64,000 bases of DNA from assembly GCA_951812955.1 (NCBI GenBank), contig OX638340.1, forward strand, positions 416,001-480,000, written 5' to 3'. Within the stretch, counting starts at the first letter, position 1. Each line of letters starts with the position of its first letter. Position numbers and translations under genes: made by a program. The DNA comes from an uncultured Gemmatimonadota bacterium. Lineage in GTDB: Bacteria > JAAXHH01. The notes beneath the pieces were generated by a model. It ran no database searches, was not told where the DNA came from, and saw only the letters and a list, made by a program, of their open reading frames with translations. Below are positions 47,792-56,945 of the stretch, piece by piece.

Positions 47792-48663
47792 TTCCCATCG
47801 ACGGGCTGGTGATCGGCGGTAAGCAGGATTACGACCTGTTTCGGGAGGACACCGAAGGGCAGGCCGGCATGGCCTTCGCCGGGGTACCCGGAAGCATGCG
47901 CGACGGCGGGGGCGCTGGATCCGACGGAGAGACTACGGTTGCCTCTGCACCGGGTGTGTTCGAAGCATACCGGCCCCGCAGGGTCCTGTTCCTCTCCCCC
48001 TACCGGGGCATGGCCGCGGACGTTGAACGTCTAACGGCAAGCGGCGTCGAAGTGCGGACTGCCGGGCCGCTTCCCAGGTTTTCGCCTCGACGGATCCACC
48101 CGCCCATCGTCGATATGCAACATGCCGACCGAGGTTTCACGGCGATGCTGGAAATGAGCCGGGACGCCGATTTCGGAGAGCCGGTATATCTGAGGGTGAT
48201 TTCCTCCCCGGATGGCGGACGGTGGAGCAAGTGGTGGTGCGCTTTCCGGCAGTGCCGCATGGCCGGTGCCCTGCTTGGTGCTCGGCTGCGCAGGATATAC
48301 GTTGCATCCACGGGCAGCGCGGACCGGGGGCATGTGTCCATCACGCTGAAAACGGAACGTGATTCCACCGGTCATCTACTGGTCGCGTCACGTGGATCCG
48401 GACTGCGGGACGATGTGTTCTTTCTGGGTACCGGCGGCACACTCGCCGGAGATGCCCTGCTCAATCGACCGGGCGTGTACGACGGATCGAACTACAGGTT
48501 GCTACCGGACCCGGCCTTGAGACGCCTGGCCGATCTGTGGAATGCAGATGCGGTCGCCGAATTGAACGGCGCCGAATACCGGTTCTATTACGGCCTTCTT
48601 CGCGCGATCGGAAGGGCGTCCCGATCGGGGATTGGAATATGCCTGGATTACCCCGGTGTATGA
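47788..48663 (+). CDS. Hypothetical protein (Arg/Gly-rich, no recognisable domain), translationally coupled to the upstream oxidoreductase
   Basis: GTG 47788 overlaps the upstream stop (GTGA) and follows an AAGGAGG RBS. Third-position GC bias in this frame is consistent with coding. The track's 47575 start would overlap the upstream gene by 217 nt. Confidence 0.4.
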   Translation: MIPIDGLVIGGKQDYDLFREDTEGQAGMAFAGVPGSMRDGGGAGSDGETTVASAPGVFEAYRPRRVLFLSPYRGMAADVERLTASGVEVRTAGPLPRFSPRRIHPPIVDMQHADRGFTAMLEMSRDADFGEPVYLRVISSPDGGRWSKWWCAFRQCRMAGALLGARLRRIYVASTGSADRGHVSITLKTERDSTGHLLVASRGSGLRDDVFFLGTGGTLAGDALLNRPGVYDGSNYRLLPDPALRRLADLWNADAVAELNGAEYRFYYGLLRAIGRASRSGIGICLDYPGV

Positions 48664-48711
48664 TGTTTTTGACTTCTGACAGGTCGCACACTGTAAGGGA
48701 TTCGTGATACC

Positions 48712-49701
48712 ATGACCGTGATTGCTTCTACCGCGGCCAACGTGGATTCGGACGAGACCGTTCGCGCGCCCGTCGCCTTCCACCAACGCATGCTGAAAAA
48801 TCCCATGGTCTGCGCGGGTGGCGGCATGGTCCTTTTCCTGGTGGTCATGGCACTGGCCGCGCCGGTCCTAACCGGACTGGGTTTCCTCGAGGATCCCATG
48901 CGCCAACTCTCTGACGGGCTGGACGCCGACGGACTGCCCATCCCGCCAGGGGACCGGTTCCTGATCGGGACGGACCACCTGGGCCGGGATATGCTGGCCC
49001 GGTTGGTTCACGGCACCCGTATCTCCCTGTTCGTGGGTATCGTGGCCATGCTGATCGCAGTCTGCGTCGGAGTGACCGTGGGCATGCTCGCGGGGTACCA
49101 CGGCGGCTGGGTGAACACTGTGCTTATGCGCGGGACCGACGTGATGCTGACGATCCCGGGCCTGCTTCTGGCTATCGCCTTAGCGGGGCTGATGGACGGA
49201 CGGGTGATTCACCTGCATCCCGATGCGCTGGACTGGCACGGGCTGGACATTACGCTCAAACGCGGACTCGTCAGCGTGTTCCTCGTCATCGGCCTGATCA
49301 GTTGGACCTGGATCGCCCGGACCATAAGGGGACAGGTCCTGGTCCTGAAGACCCGGGAGTTCGTCGCTTCATCGCAGGCCATCGGCTGTTCGGACGTACG
49401 TATCATGTTCCGGCACCTGTTGCCGAACGTCATGCCCCTGGTCATTGTGCTCGGTTCCCTGGCTACGGCGAATACCGTCCTGCTCGATGCCGGGTTGAGC
49501 TACCTGGGCGTCGGCGTGCCGCCGCCCACACCGTCTTGGGGAACCATGATCGCGGAAGGGCAGCCCTACTTCATCGTTTCTCCGCACCTTACCATCGCAC
49601 CGGGTGTGTCCATTATCGTGGCCGTGGTGGGATTCAACCTGCTGGGACAGGGCCTGCAAGAGGTGCTGGATCCTTATGTGAAGGATGGACAGGGGAAGTG
49701 A
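48712..49701 (+). CDS. Peptide-type ABC transporter permease (DppC/OppC-like)
   Basis: 329 aa with the BPD_transp_1 domain (LFVGIVAMLIAVCVGVTVGMLAGYHGGWVNTVLMRGTDVMLTIPGLLLAIALAG). Confidence 0.8.
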   Translation: MTVIASTAANVDSDETVRAPVAFHQRMLKNPMVCAGGGMVLFLVVMALAAPVLTGLGFLEDPMRQLSDGLDADGLPIPPGDRFLIGTDHLGRDMLARLVHGTRISLFVGIVAMLIAVCVGVTVGMLAGYHGGWVNTVLMRGTDVMLTIPGLLLAIALAGLMDGRVIHLHPDALDWHGLDITLKRGLVSVFLVIGLISWTWIARTIRGQVLVLKTREFVASSQAIGCSDVRIMFRHLLPNVMPLVIVLGSLATANTVLLDAGLSYLGVGVPPPTPSWGTMIAEGQPYFIVSPHLTIAPGVSIIVAVVGFNLLGQGLQEVLDPYVKDGQGK

Positions 49702-49709
49702 ACGGGATC

Positions 49710-51389
49710 ATGGTTGCCTGCGGATCTTACCTGCGTAAGCGTATATACCGGTGGCGTATATACAATGTGTCTACAAACCCTCGATGCGGGATCCTGGTTC
49801 CCCTCTGGCTCGCGATCCTCTTCTTATCCGCGTCCTGTGGAGGAGACGGCCGGCTCGAGCGGCTGCATCCCGAGGAGAACGTGCTGCGGATCGCCGTACC
49901 GTCGGATCCACGATCGCTCGATCCGGCCATCGCCTACGACGTGGTGACCTGGCCGCTCGTGCGCACCCTGTTTCACGGTCTGGTCGACTATGACGACGAC
50001 CTGAATCTGGTACCCTGGCATGCGCGATCATGGACGATCTCCGAGGATGGACGGACGATCACTTTCAAACTGCGACAGGACATACGATTCTCGAACGGCC
50101 GGCCGATAACTTCCGAAGATTTCGCCTATTCCCTCCAACGGATTCTGAATCCAGCCGTCAAGTCCCCCGGACAGGGATTCTATCGGAATATAGCCGGTGC
50201 AAGAGCGTTTCAGGACGGTTCGGCGGACCGGGTCTCCGGCCTGCGCACCCCCGATCTGGAGACCCTCGAGATCGAGCTGGTCCAACCCGATCTGCCTTTT
50301 CTCTACTGTATCGCCATGCCCTTTGCCTATGCCGTTCCCCGCGAAGAAGTGGAGCGGCACGGGGACGAGTTCGGCCGGTATCCCGTGGGATCCGGCCCCT
50401 TCACGCTGGCGCGGTGGCAACGGGGCACGGGACTGAGGCTGGAGAAGAACCCGGGCTACTACCGGGCGGACGATATCCGGCTTGAAGCCATCGATCTGAT
50501 GGTCGGAGGGGATGAAACCCTGCATATGATGATGTTCGAGCGCGGCGAGCTGGATATCGCGAGTGTCACGTCAACGGGTATTCCTGACGCGGACTTTATC
50601 CGGGTTATGAACGATCCCGTGCTCAGCAAGCGCGTCGCCCACCAGCCGTTGAACGCCATTCAGTACCTTTCGATGAACACCGAACTGCCGCCTTTCGACA
50701 ACGTAAACGTGCGCAGGGCGGTAAACCACGCCATCGACCGCAAGCGTATCGTAGGCCTGATCAGCGACCGGGGGATTCCCGCCCGGGGCGTGCTGCCGCC
50801 CGGCATGCCGGGATTCAACGAAGCGCTCACAGGATATGACCACGACCCGGAAAAGGCCAGGACACTGCTCGAGGAGGCCGGATTTTCGGAAGGATTTACC
50901 ACCGAGCTCATGGTCACGGCCCAGAGCGGTATTGATTCCAAGATCGGACAGGCGGTGCAGCAGGACCTTGCAGAGGTCGGTATAACCGTGGAGATCAGGC
51001 CGGTGACCGGTCCAACGCGAATCGAAGCGACGGGCCGGCGCGGCGCGGTGCCCTTCGCCACCTTCGGCTGGTACCAGGACTATCCTGACCCGAGCAACTT
51101 CCTCGACGTGCTGCTGAATGGCAACCGGATCACAGAGGTACACAGCACCAACGTGGCGTTCTATGACAATGAGCGGGTCAATGCTTTACTGAACGAAGCG
51201 TCCTCCAGTACCGATCAGGGCCATCGACTGGCCCTGTACCAGGAAGCGGAACGGCTGATCGTGGATGACGCACCCTGGGTGTTTCTGTACTACCCGCAGA
51301 TGTACCTGCTTCGTCAGCCGTGGCTGAAGGGACTGAAGCTCAATCCGGTCTGGCCCATCCGCTACGAACTGATGTGGGTCGAACCATGA
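49710..51389 (+). CDS. ABC transporter substrate-binding protein, family 5 (peptide/nickel-binding), lipoprotein
   Basis: ATG 49710 is in-frame within the longer track ORF 49302..51389. The signal peptide has lipobox LSASCGG. The SBP_bac_5 pattern is present. Confidence 0.8.
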   Translation: MVACGSYLRKRIYRWRIYNVSTNPRCGILVPLWLAILFLSASCGGDGRLERLHPEENVLRIAVPSDPRSLDPAIAYDVVTWPLVRTLFHGLVDYDDDLNLVPWHARSWTISEDGRTITFKLRQDIRFSNGRPITSEDFAYSLQRILNPAVKSPGQGFYRNIAGARAFQDGSADRVSGLRTPDLETLEIELVQPDLPFLYCIAMPFAYAVPREEVERHGDEFGRYPVGSGPFTLARWQRGTGLRLEKNPGYYRADDIRLEAIDLMVGGDETLHMMMFERGELDIASVTSTGIPDADFIRVMNDPVLSKRVAHQPLNAIQYLSMNTELPPFDNVNVRRAVNHAIDRKRIVGLISDRGIPARGVLPPGMPGFNEALTGYDHDPEKARTLLEEAGFSEGFTTELMVTAQSGIDSKIGQAVQQDLAEVGITVEIRPVTGPTRIEATGRRGAVPFATFGWYQDYPDPSNFLDVLLNGNRITEVHSTNVAFYDNERVNALLNEASSSTDQGHRLALYQEAERLIVDDAPWVFLYYPQMYLLRQPWLKGLKLNPVWPIRYELMWVEP

Positions 51390-51420
51390 AAAACAAGACG
51401 GACCATCGCGGAAGACCAAC

Positions 51421-52341
51421 ATGCTGAATCGAATCCTGCGGCGCCTTGGCTGGGCAGTCGTGATACTGTGGGGAACGACGGTGATTACGTTTCTCATCGT
51501 CCACGCGGTTCCGGCCGATCCGGTCAGAGTATACGCGGGGGCGAACGCGGACGCGGAGACGATCGAGCGGATCCGATCGGAAATGGGTTTCGACGATCCC
51601 CTTGTCGTACAGTACGGACGCTACATCGGCAACCTGTTGCAGGGCGACCTCGGCACGTCCCTGGTGACGGGAGAACGGGTGCTTGACGCCATTCTGGTGC
51701 GGTTTCCCGTCACTTTCTCCCTGGCCCTGACAGCGGTTTTCCTTTGGATGCTGATGAGTGTGCCCCTGGGTGTCCTTACGGCGAAGTACAGGGGCCGAGC
51801 CATCGACCGGACCGTGCTCATCGTATCCCTGGTCGCCATATCCCTGCCCGTCTTCTGGCTGGCGCGCATGTTGCAATACTACCTGGCCTACCGGACCGGC
51901 TTGTTTCCCGTGGGCGGGCTGGCGGGCTGGACCCACATCATTCTGCCCGCGGTGACTCTTGCCCTGGTCATTACGGGTTACTACGCCCGATTGGTCCACA
52001 CGAACATGGTGGAGGTGCTGAACGCCGATTACGTGCGCGTGGCCCGTGCCAAGGGGATCCCCGAGTATGTCGTGTTGTTCAAGCATGGACTGCGGAACGC
52101 GGTAATCCCCGTCATCACCATCCTAGGCCTCGACATGGCTGCGCTCATGGGCGGCGTGGTGTTCACCGAGAACGTATTCGCCCTGCCCGGACTGGGCGTC
52201 CTGGCCCTGCAATCGGTCTTCAATCTCGACGTTCCCATGATCATGGGCGTCGTACTCTTCTCGGCCGCGATGGTAGTCTGTGCCAATATCGTGGTCGATT
52301 TCGTGTACATGTGGATCGATCCGAGAGTCGAAGGAACTTAG
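51421..52341 (+). CDS. Peptide-type ABC transporter permease (DppB/OppB-like)
   Basis: 306 aa with the typical N-terminus MLNRILRRLGWAVVILWGTTVITFLIVHAVPADP. Confidence 0.85.
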   Translation: MLNRILRRLGWAVVILWGTTVITFLIVHAVPADPVRVYAGANADAETIERIRSEMGFDDPLVVQYGRYIGNLLQGDLGTSLVTGERVLDAILVRFPVTFSLALTAVFLWMLMSVPLGVLTAKYRGRAIDRTVLIVSLVAISLPVFWLARMLQYYLAYRTGLFPVGGLAGWTHIILPAVTLALVITGYYARLVHTNMVEVLNADYVRVARAKGIPEYVVLFKHGLRNAVIPVITILGLDMAALMGGVVFTENVFALPGLGVLALQSVFNLDVPMIMGVVLFSAAMVVCANIVVDFVYMWIDPRVEGT

Positions 52342-52464
52342 CGATTTGCGGATCGGGGTCCTGCAAAGCGCTGCAGGTTGCTACGGCAACTGCCGCAACT
52401 GCTGCGACCCGCCGCACGCACGCGGACGCTAGCCGTAATCAGGAAATCAGCGCGGTGGCGCTGG

Positions 52465-53088
52465 TCAGGAAAGCAGGGCAGACGACAGCAGGTCCACCAC
52501 CAGTTCTTCCTCTTCGTACCCGTAGGCCAGCCAGAACTGGTTCTCGTCGTGATCAAGGATCATGGTGGGGAACTTGTCGGCGTGGAGGGACCGGCGCAAT
52601 TCGAAATCCTTGTGGAGCAATTCGTCGGTGTGGTTTGAAACGAGGTCCTCGCAGAAGCGGTCGACATCCAGTCCCGCTTCCCCGGCGAGTTGCGCGAGCG
52701 TCTCCGCGTTCGACGGATTCCGCGCTTCGAGGTAATAGGCCCGCTGAATGGCGTTAAACATCGCCTCCGTCCCTTCCGGCCGTTGCATCCCGGCGGCGAT
52801 GACCGCCCGGCAGGCAGGGTAGGTCGATCTTCGCGGCTCGCAGTCCTTCCAGAAATCCCAGTTGAATTCCGCACCCGTCCGTTCTGCGACCAGCCGCCAC
52901 TGGGACTGCACGTAGGACCGGGTTTCACCGGACATGGGTTCTTCAGCATCGCGGGCCAGGCCGCCCATGACGTAGCGAATGGGGATTTCGACCGGTAGCA
53001 CGCCGGAGACCGACTCCAGCACGGGGCTGAATCCCCAGCACCAGGAGCACATGGGATCGGCGATGTAGTAGAGCACGTCCCGTTGCAT
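52465..53088 (-). CDS. DsbA-like thioredoxin-fold protein (FrnE / 2-hydroxychromene-2-carboxylate-isomerase-like)
   Basis: The YYIADPMCSWCWGF N-terminus carries a CxxC motif. Confidence 0.75.
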   Translation of the reverse strand: MQRDVLYYIADPMCSWCWGFSPVLESVSGVLPVEIPIRYVMGGLARDAEEPMSGETRSYVQSQWRLVAERTGAEFNWDFWKDCEPRRSTYPACRAVIAAGMQRPEGTEAMFNAIQRAYYLEARNPSNAETLAQLAGEAGLDVDRFCEDLVSNHTDELLHKDFELRRSLHADKFPTMILDHDENQFWLAYGYEEEELVVDLLSSALLS

Positions 53089-53211
53089 GGCACGCCTTCC
53101 GCGAGTCGCCTGAAACCAACCAAAAAGACCTGTGCGAGTGTATTCCCGGAACGTATTATAATGAAGCCGAGATCACTTTTCCAAGAGTATATATCAGGAG
53201 GAGATGCACAT

Positions 53212-54300
53212 ATGTTCAACGGACTGGGCATGGACATGGGAAACCTGCCGCGGTTGTCGCGCGCCCGCACGCGATCCATCTCGCCGGAAAACACGGATGG
53301 CGGCAAGGGCCGGGGCGGCATGGCCACGGAGGGCACCGGAGCCCACAACGCGCGGCATCTCGGGCAGGGTTGGAAGGTTTCCCCATCCTTCGACATCGAA
53401 GCCGGCGAAACACTGACGATGGCCGATATAGAAGGATCCGGGGCCATACAGCATATCTGGCTGACACCCACCGGCCACTGGCGCTTCGCCATACTCCGCA
53501 TATTCTGGGACGACGAGGAACATCCTTCCGTGGAATGTCCCGTAGGTGATTTTTTCGCCTGCGGCTGGAGTGAATACGCGCACGTGTCGTCGTTAGCCGT
53601 GTGCGTGAACCCGGCCAGCTCTTTCAACTGCTACTGGGAAATGCCATTCCGCAAACGTTGCCGCATCACGCTGGAGAACATCGCCGACGAGAAGATGCGC
53701 GTGTACTACCAGATCGACTACACCCTGACCGAAGTGCCCGACGACATCGGCTACTTCCACGCAAACTTCAGGCGCGTGAACCCCCTTCCGTACAAAAAAG
53801 TATTCACCATTGTCGACGGTGTGAAGGGGCACGGCCATTACGTCGGCACCTACATGGCGTGGGGATCCAACAGCAACGGATGGTGGGGCGAGGGCGAGAT
53901 CAAGTTTTACATCGACGGGGACGACGAGTTTCCGACGATCTGCGGGACGGGCGTCGAGGACTACTTCTGCGGATCATACAACTTCGATATCGATGGCCGG
54001 TACGTGGAATACACCACCCCGTACGCGGGCATGCCCCAGGTCATCCGCCCGGACGGCCTGTATAAGTCCCAGCAGCGCTTCGGCATGTACCGGTGGCACG
54101 TGTCGGATCCCGTACGGTTCGAAGAAGATCTCAGGGTGACGATCCAGGCGCTGGGCTGGCGTCAGCTGCTCGGTTTTGCCGAAGGCGGCCCCTTTCAACC
54201 GCTCCAGGACGATATCGCTTCGGTGGCATTCTGGTACCAGACCCTGCCGAGTGAACCCTTCCCCGCGTTGCCGGACCGGGATCGACTGGAAGTCATCTGA
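53212..54300 (+). CDS. Hypothetical protein; possibly a DUF2961 / GH172-like beta-sandwich protein (uncertain)
   Basis: ATG 53212 has an AGGAGGAG RBS. It has an aromatic-rich, Gly-rich beta-sandwich-like composition and no signal peptide. The family assignment is from memory only. Confidence 0.4.
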   Translation: MFNGLGMDMGNLPRLSRARTRSISPENTDGGKGRGGMATEGTGAHNARHLGQGWKVSPSFDIEAGETLTMADIEGSGAIQHIWLTPTGHWRFAILRIFWDDEEHPSVECPVGDFFACGWSEYAHVSSLAVCVNPASSFNCYWEMPFRKRCRITLENIADEKMRVYYQIDYTLTEVPDDIGYFHANFRRVNPLPYKKVFTIVDGVKGHGHYVGTYMAWGSNSNGWWGEGEIKFYIDGDDEFPTICGTGVEDYFCGSYNFDIDGRYVEYTTPYAGMPQVIRPDGLYKSQQRFGMYRWHVSDPVRFEEDLRVTIQALGWRQLLGFAEGGPFQPLQDDIASVAFWYQTLPSEPFPALPDRDRLEVI

Positions 54301-54356
54301 GTGGGAGGAATGTTACACGCGGCGGTACGGCACGTGCACCGGTCCGCGGGAGCATA

Positions 54357-55610
54357 ATGGAACCGGAACAGCTTCAGTCGGTCCGCAGCCGGATCACGCA
54401 CACCCTGTTCGTTACCCAGGCCCTCTTCGGCGCTACTCAGGTCGCGGCCTTCACCGTGGTGCCCATCCTGGCGGCGCAGCTAGCCGACAGCGAGCGCATG
54501 ACGGGCGTGCCCATGACCATCGCTTTTCTCGCCCGCTCGATCAGCGCTTTCCCCTTCGGCTGGATCATGGACCGCCTGGGTCGCCGGGCCGGGCTTACGG
54601 CCGGGTACGTGTCGTCCCTGATCGCCGCGGCAACGAGTTTCCTCAGCGTGGCCGTCCATTCCTTCGCCGGGTTCTGCATCGCGTCCTTTTTCGCAGGCAT
54701 GGCGCGCAGTTCCAGCGAGCAGGCCCGGTTTGTCGGCGCCGAAATCTACCCCGAGTCCGAACGGGCGCGCATCATCGGCCGAATCGTTTCCGCCGGCACG
54801 ATCAGCGCCATCGCCGGCGCCATGATGGTGGCGCCAGCGGGGATCTGGATCGCCCAATACGGCTACCCGCCCATGTCCGGCCCCTTCGTCGTCGGCGTGG
54901 GCCTGAGCCTTGCCGCAGTCCTGCTTACCGTATTTCTCGTCCGCCCCGATCCGCTGGACATCGCCCGGCGGATCAGACCTTCAGCTGAATCGGATATCGA
55001 CGAGTCGACCGCACGTCCCGTGCGGGAAATCCTCCGTAACGTGCACGTCAGATACGGGATCACGGCCATGGCCATCGGCCAGTTCGTCATGACGCTGCTC
55101 ATGGTGATTACCCCGCTGCACATGAGTCACCACGACCATGGTACGTGGCTGATCTCCTGGGTCATCATGGCCCACGCTATCGGCATGTTCGGGGTTTCCG
55201 GCATAACCGGCCGCCTGATCATGCGGTGGGGGCAGCACAATGTGATCATATGGGGCATGATCATCCTCCTCGTCTCCTGCGTGATCGCACCTGTTTCACC
55301 ACGGTTCATTCCGCTCGCGATCGCCCTCTTCCTCCTGGGGCTGGGGTGGAACTTCTGTTTCATCGCTGGCTCGTCTCTGCTTTCCAATGCGCTCGCCCCC
55401 CTCGAACGTGGACGCGTCCAGGGCGTCAACGAGATGTTCATCGCGCTGGCAGCGAGCTCCGCCAGCCTGGTGACGGGGTTTCTATTCGAAATGGGCGGTA
55501 TGCTGCTGCTGGCCGCGATCGGGACGGCCTTTTCCGTCGTGCTGGGATGCTACAGCCTGCTCTACGCTCGGAAAACGGGTCGGGAAACGCAAGCGGAAGC
55601 AGCGGGTTGA
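54357..55610 (+). CDS. MFS transporter
   Basis: 417 aa with 12 TM helices. An MFS motif A-like GWIMDRLGRR lies between TM2 and TM3. Confidence 0.8.
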   Translation: MEPEQLQSVRSRITHTLFVTQALFGATQVAAFTVVPILAAQLADSERMTGVPMTIAFLARSISAFPFGWIMDRLGRRAGLTAGYVSSLIAAATSFLSVAVHSFAGFCIASFFAGMARSSSEQARFVGAEIYPESERARIIGRIVSAGTISAIAGAMMVAPAGIWIAQYGYPPMSGPFVVGVGLSLAAVLLTVFLVRPDPLDIARRIRPSAESDIDESTARPVREILRNVHVRYGITAMAIGQFVMTLLMVITPLHMSHHDHGTWLISWVIMAHAIGMFGVSGITGRLIMRWGQHNVIIWGMIILLVSCVIAPVSPRFIPLAIALFLLGLGWNFCFIAGSSLLSNALAPLERGRVQGVNEMFIALAASSASLVTGFLFEMGGMLLLAAIGTAFSVVLGCYSLLYARKTGRETQAEAAG

Positions 55611-55645
55611 GCGCGGTTTGATTACTTGTACATTTATTGTGTGGT

Positions 55646-56803
55646 TTACGGCCGAACCGGTTCGGGGATCTCGTCCACCGAGGCACATCCCAGGTTGGCC
55701 ATGTTGACTTCGAGATCGGCCTTGAGGATCTCGAAGGCATGATCGCCCCCCGTTTTACCGAATGCGCCCACGCCGTACATGAAGGCCCTTCCCAGCAGCA
55801 CGAAATCTGCGCCCAGCGACAGGGCCCGGATGATGTCCAGTCCGGTGCGCACCCCGCTGTCGAACAGGACACGGGCCCGTCCATTGACCTGGCGGACGAT
55901 GGGTGCAAGCGCGTCGATGGCGGCGAGCGTGCCGTCAAACTGCCGCGCGCCGTGGTTCGAGACCTGGATGCCGTCCACGCCGGTCTCTATCGCCCGTTCC
56001 GCGTCGTCGGGATGAAGGATGCCCTTCACGATCACCGGTCCGTCCCAGATATCGCGCGCCTCACGGATATAGTCCCAGTCCAGCGTACCGCCCAGTTCCT
56101 GGCCGACGTAACTCGCCACCTCGCCCATCTGCTTCGAATCGGCGTATTTTTCGATGGCCCTGAGCCTGGGCAGGCCGGCGAGCAGGGTCTGAATCGTCCA
56201 GGTGGGATGCATCAGCGCTTCGTAAACGAACCCGGCCGTGATCCGCGGCGGCGTCTCCAGGCCCGCCCGGCTGGTCCGTTCCCTGCGGCTGCCCACGGGC
56301 ACGTCCGCCGTGACCACGAGCGTATGGAAGCCGGCGTCCATGGCGCGCTTCAACAGATCGTCCCGTATTTCCCGCCGCCTGGGAGGATATAGTTGAAACC
56401 AGCCCATGTCACCTACCAGGGGGCCGACCGACTCGGGCGACTGCGTGGCTACCGTACTCAGGCAGTAGGGAAAGCGGTATTTCGCGGCTGTGGCGGCCAG
56501 GATAAACTCCGCCCTGGGCCACATGAGCCCAGTCAGTCCCACCGGCGAAACGCCAAAAGGCACGCTGTACGTCCGGCCGAACAGTTTCGTGGTCAGATCG
56601 GGCTTCAGTTCGCCCCGCATGAACACCGGCGCGAGCATGACTTCCGCCATGCGTTCCAGGTTCCTCGCCACCGCACGTTCGTCCCCTGTCCCGCAGTCCA
56701 GGTATTCCCACGCAATGTGCGGCAGTCTCTTGCGGGTCAGTCTGCGCAGGTCGCTCACTGCCGGATATCGCTGCAACCGTCGTTTGAATCGTTTTTCCGT
56801 CAT
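55646..56803 (-). CDS. FMN-dependent alpha-hydroxy-acid dehydrogenase / oxidase (LldD / glycolate-oxidase family)
   Basis: The start is taken at MTEKRFKRRLQRY (56803). FMN_dh motifs are present (SNHGARQ, DSGVRTGLDI). Confidence 0.85.
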   Translation of the reverse strand: MTEKRFKRRLQRYPAVSDLRRLTRKRLPHIAWEYLDCGTGDERAVARNLERMAEVMLAPVFMRGELKPDLTTKLFGRTYSVPFGVSPVGLTGLMWPRAEFILAATAAKYRFPYCLSTVATQSPESVGPLVGDMGWFQLYPPRRREIRDDLLKRAMDAGFHTLVVTADVPVGSRRERTSRAGLETPPRITAGFVYEALMHPTWTIQTLLAGLPRLRAIEKYADSKQMGEVASYVGQELGGTLDWDYIREARDIWDGPVIVKGILHPDDAERAIETGVDGIQVSNHGARQFDGTLAAIDALAPIVRQVNGRARVLFDSGVRTGLDIIRALSLGADFVLLGRAFMYGVGAFGKTGGDHAFEILKADLEVNMANLGCASVDEIPEPVRP

Positions 56804-56945
56804 GTTGTTCGTTCCGCTCGGGCGGTAAATGATGGTTGATTTCAGCCGTGGTACCGCGTAATTTGCTATGGGCCTCGCGCCGCGAGTCCGGCGGCGAGCG
56901 TACCCCAAGATATAGGTATGCACTCAAAAAAAGCAAGGCGATCAA

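Noticed and set aside
52465-53088. Possibility that the DsbA-like gene is a second selenoprotein (CxxU)
   Set aside because: Its redox motif reads CSWC with two TGC/TGT Cys codons and no in-frame TGA, so it is an ordinary CxxC protein.
55611-55680. Perfect 14-nt palindrome ccgaaccggttcgg as a possible terminator between the MFS transporter and lldD-like genes
   Set aside because: It lies inside the C-terminal coding sequence of the minus-strand FMN-dehydrogenase gene (EIPEPVRP*), has no loop and has no U-tract.
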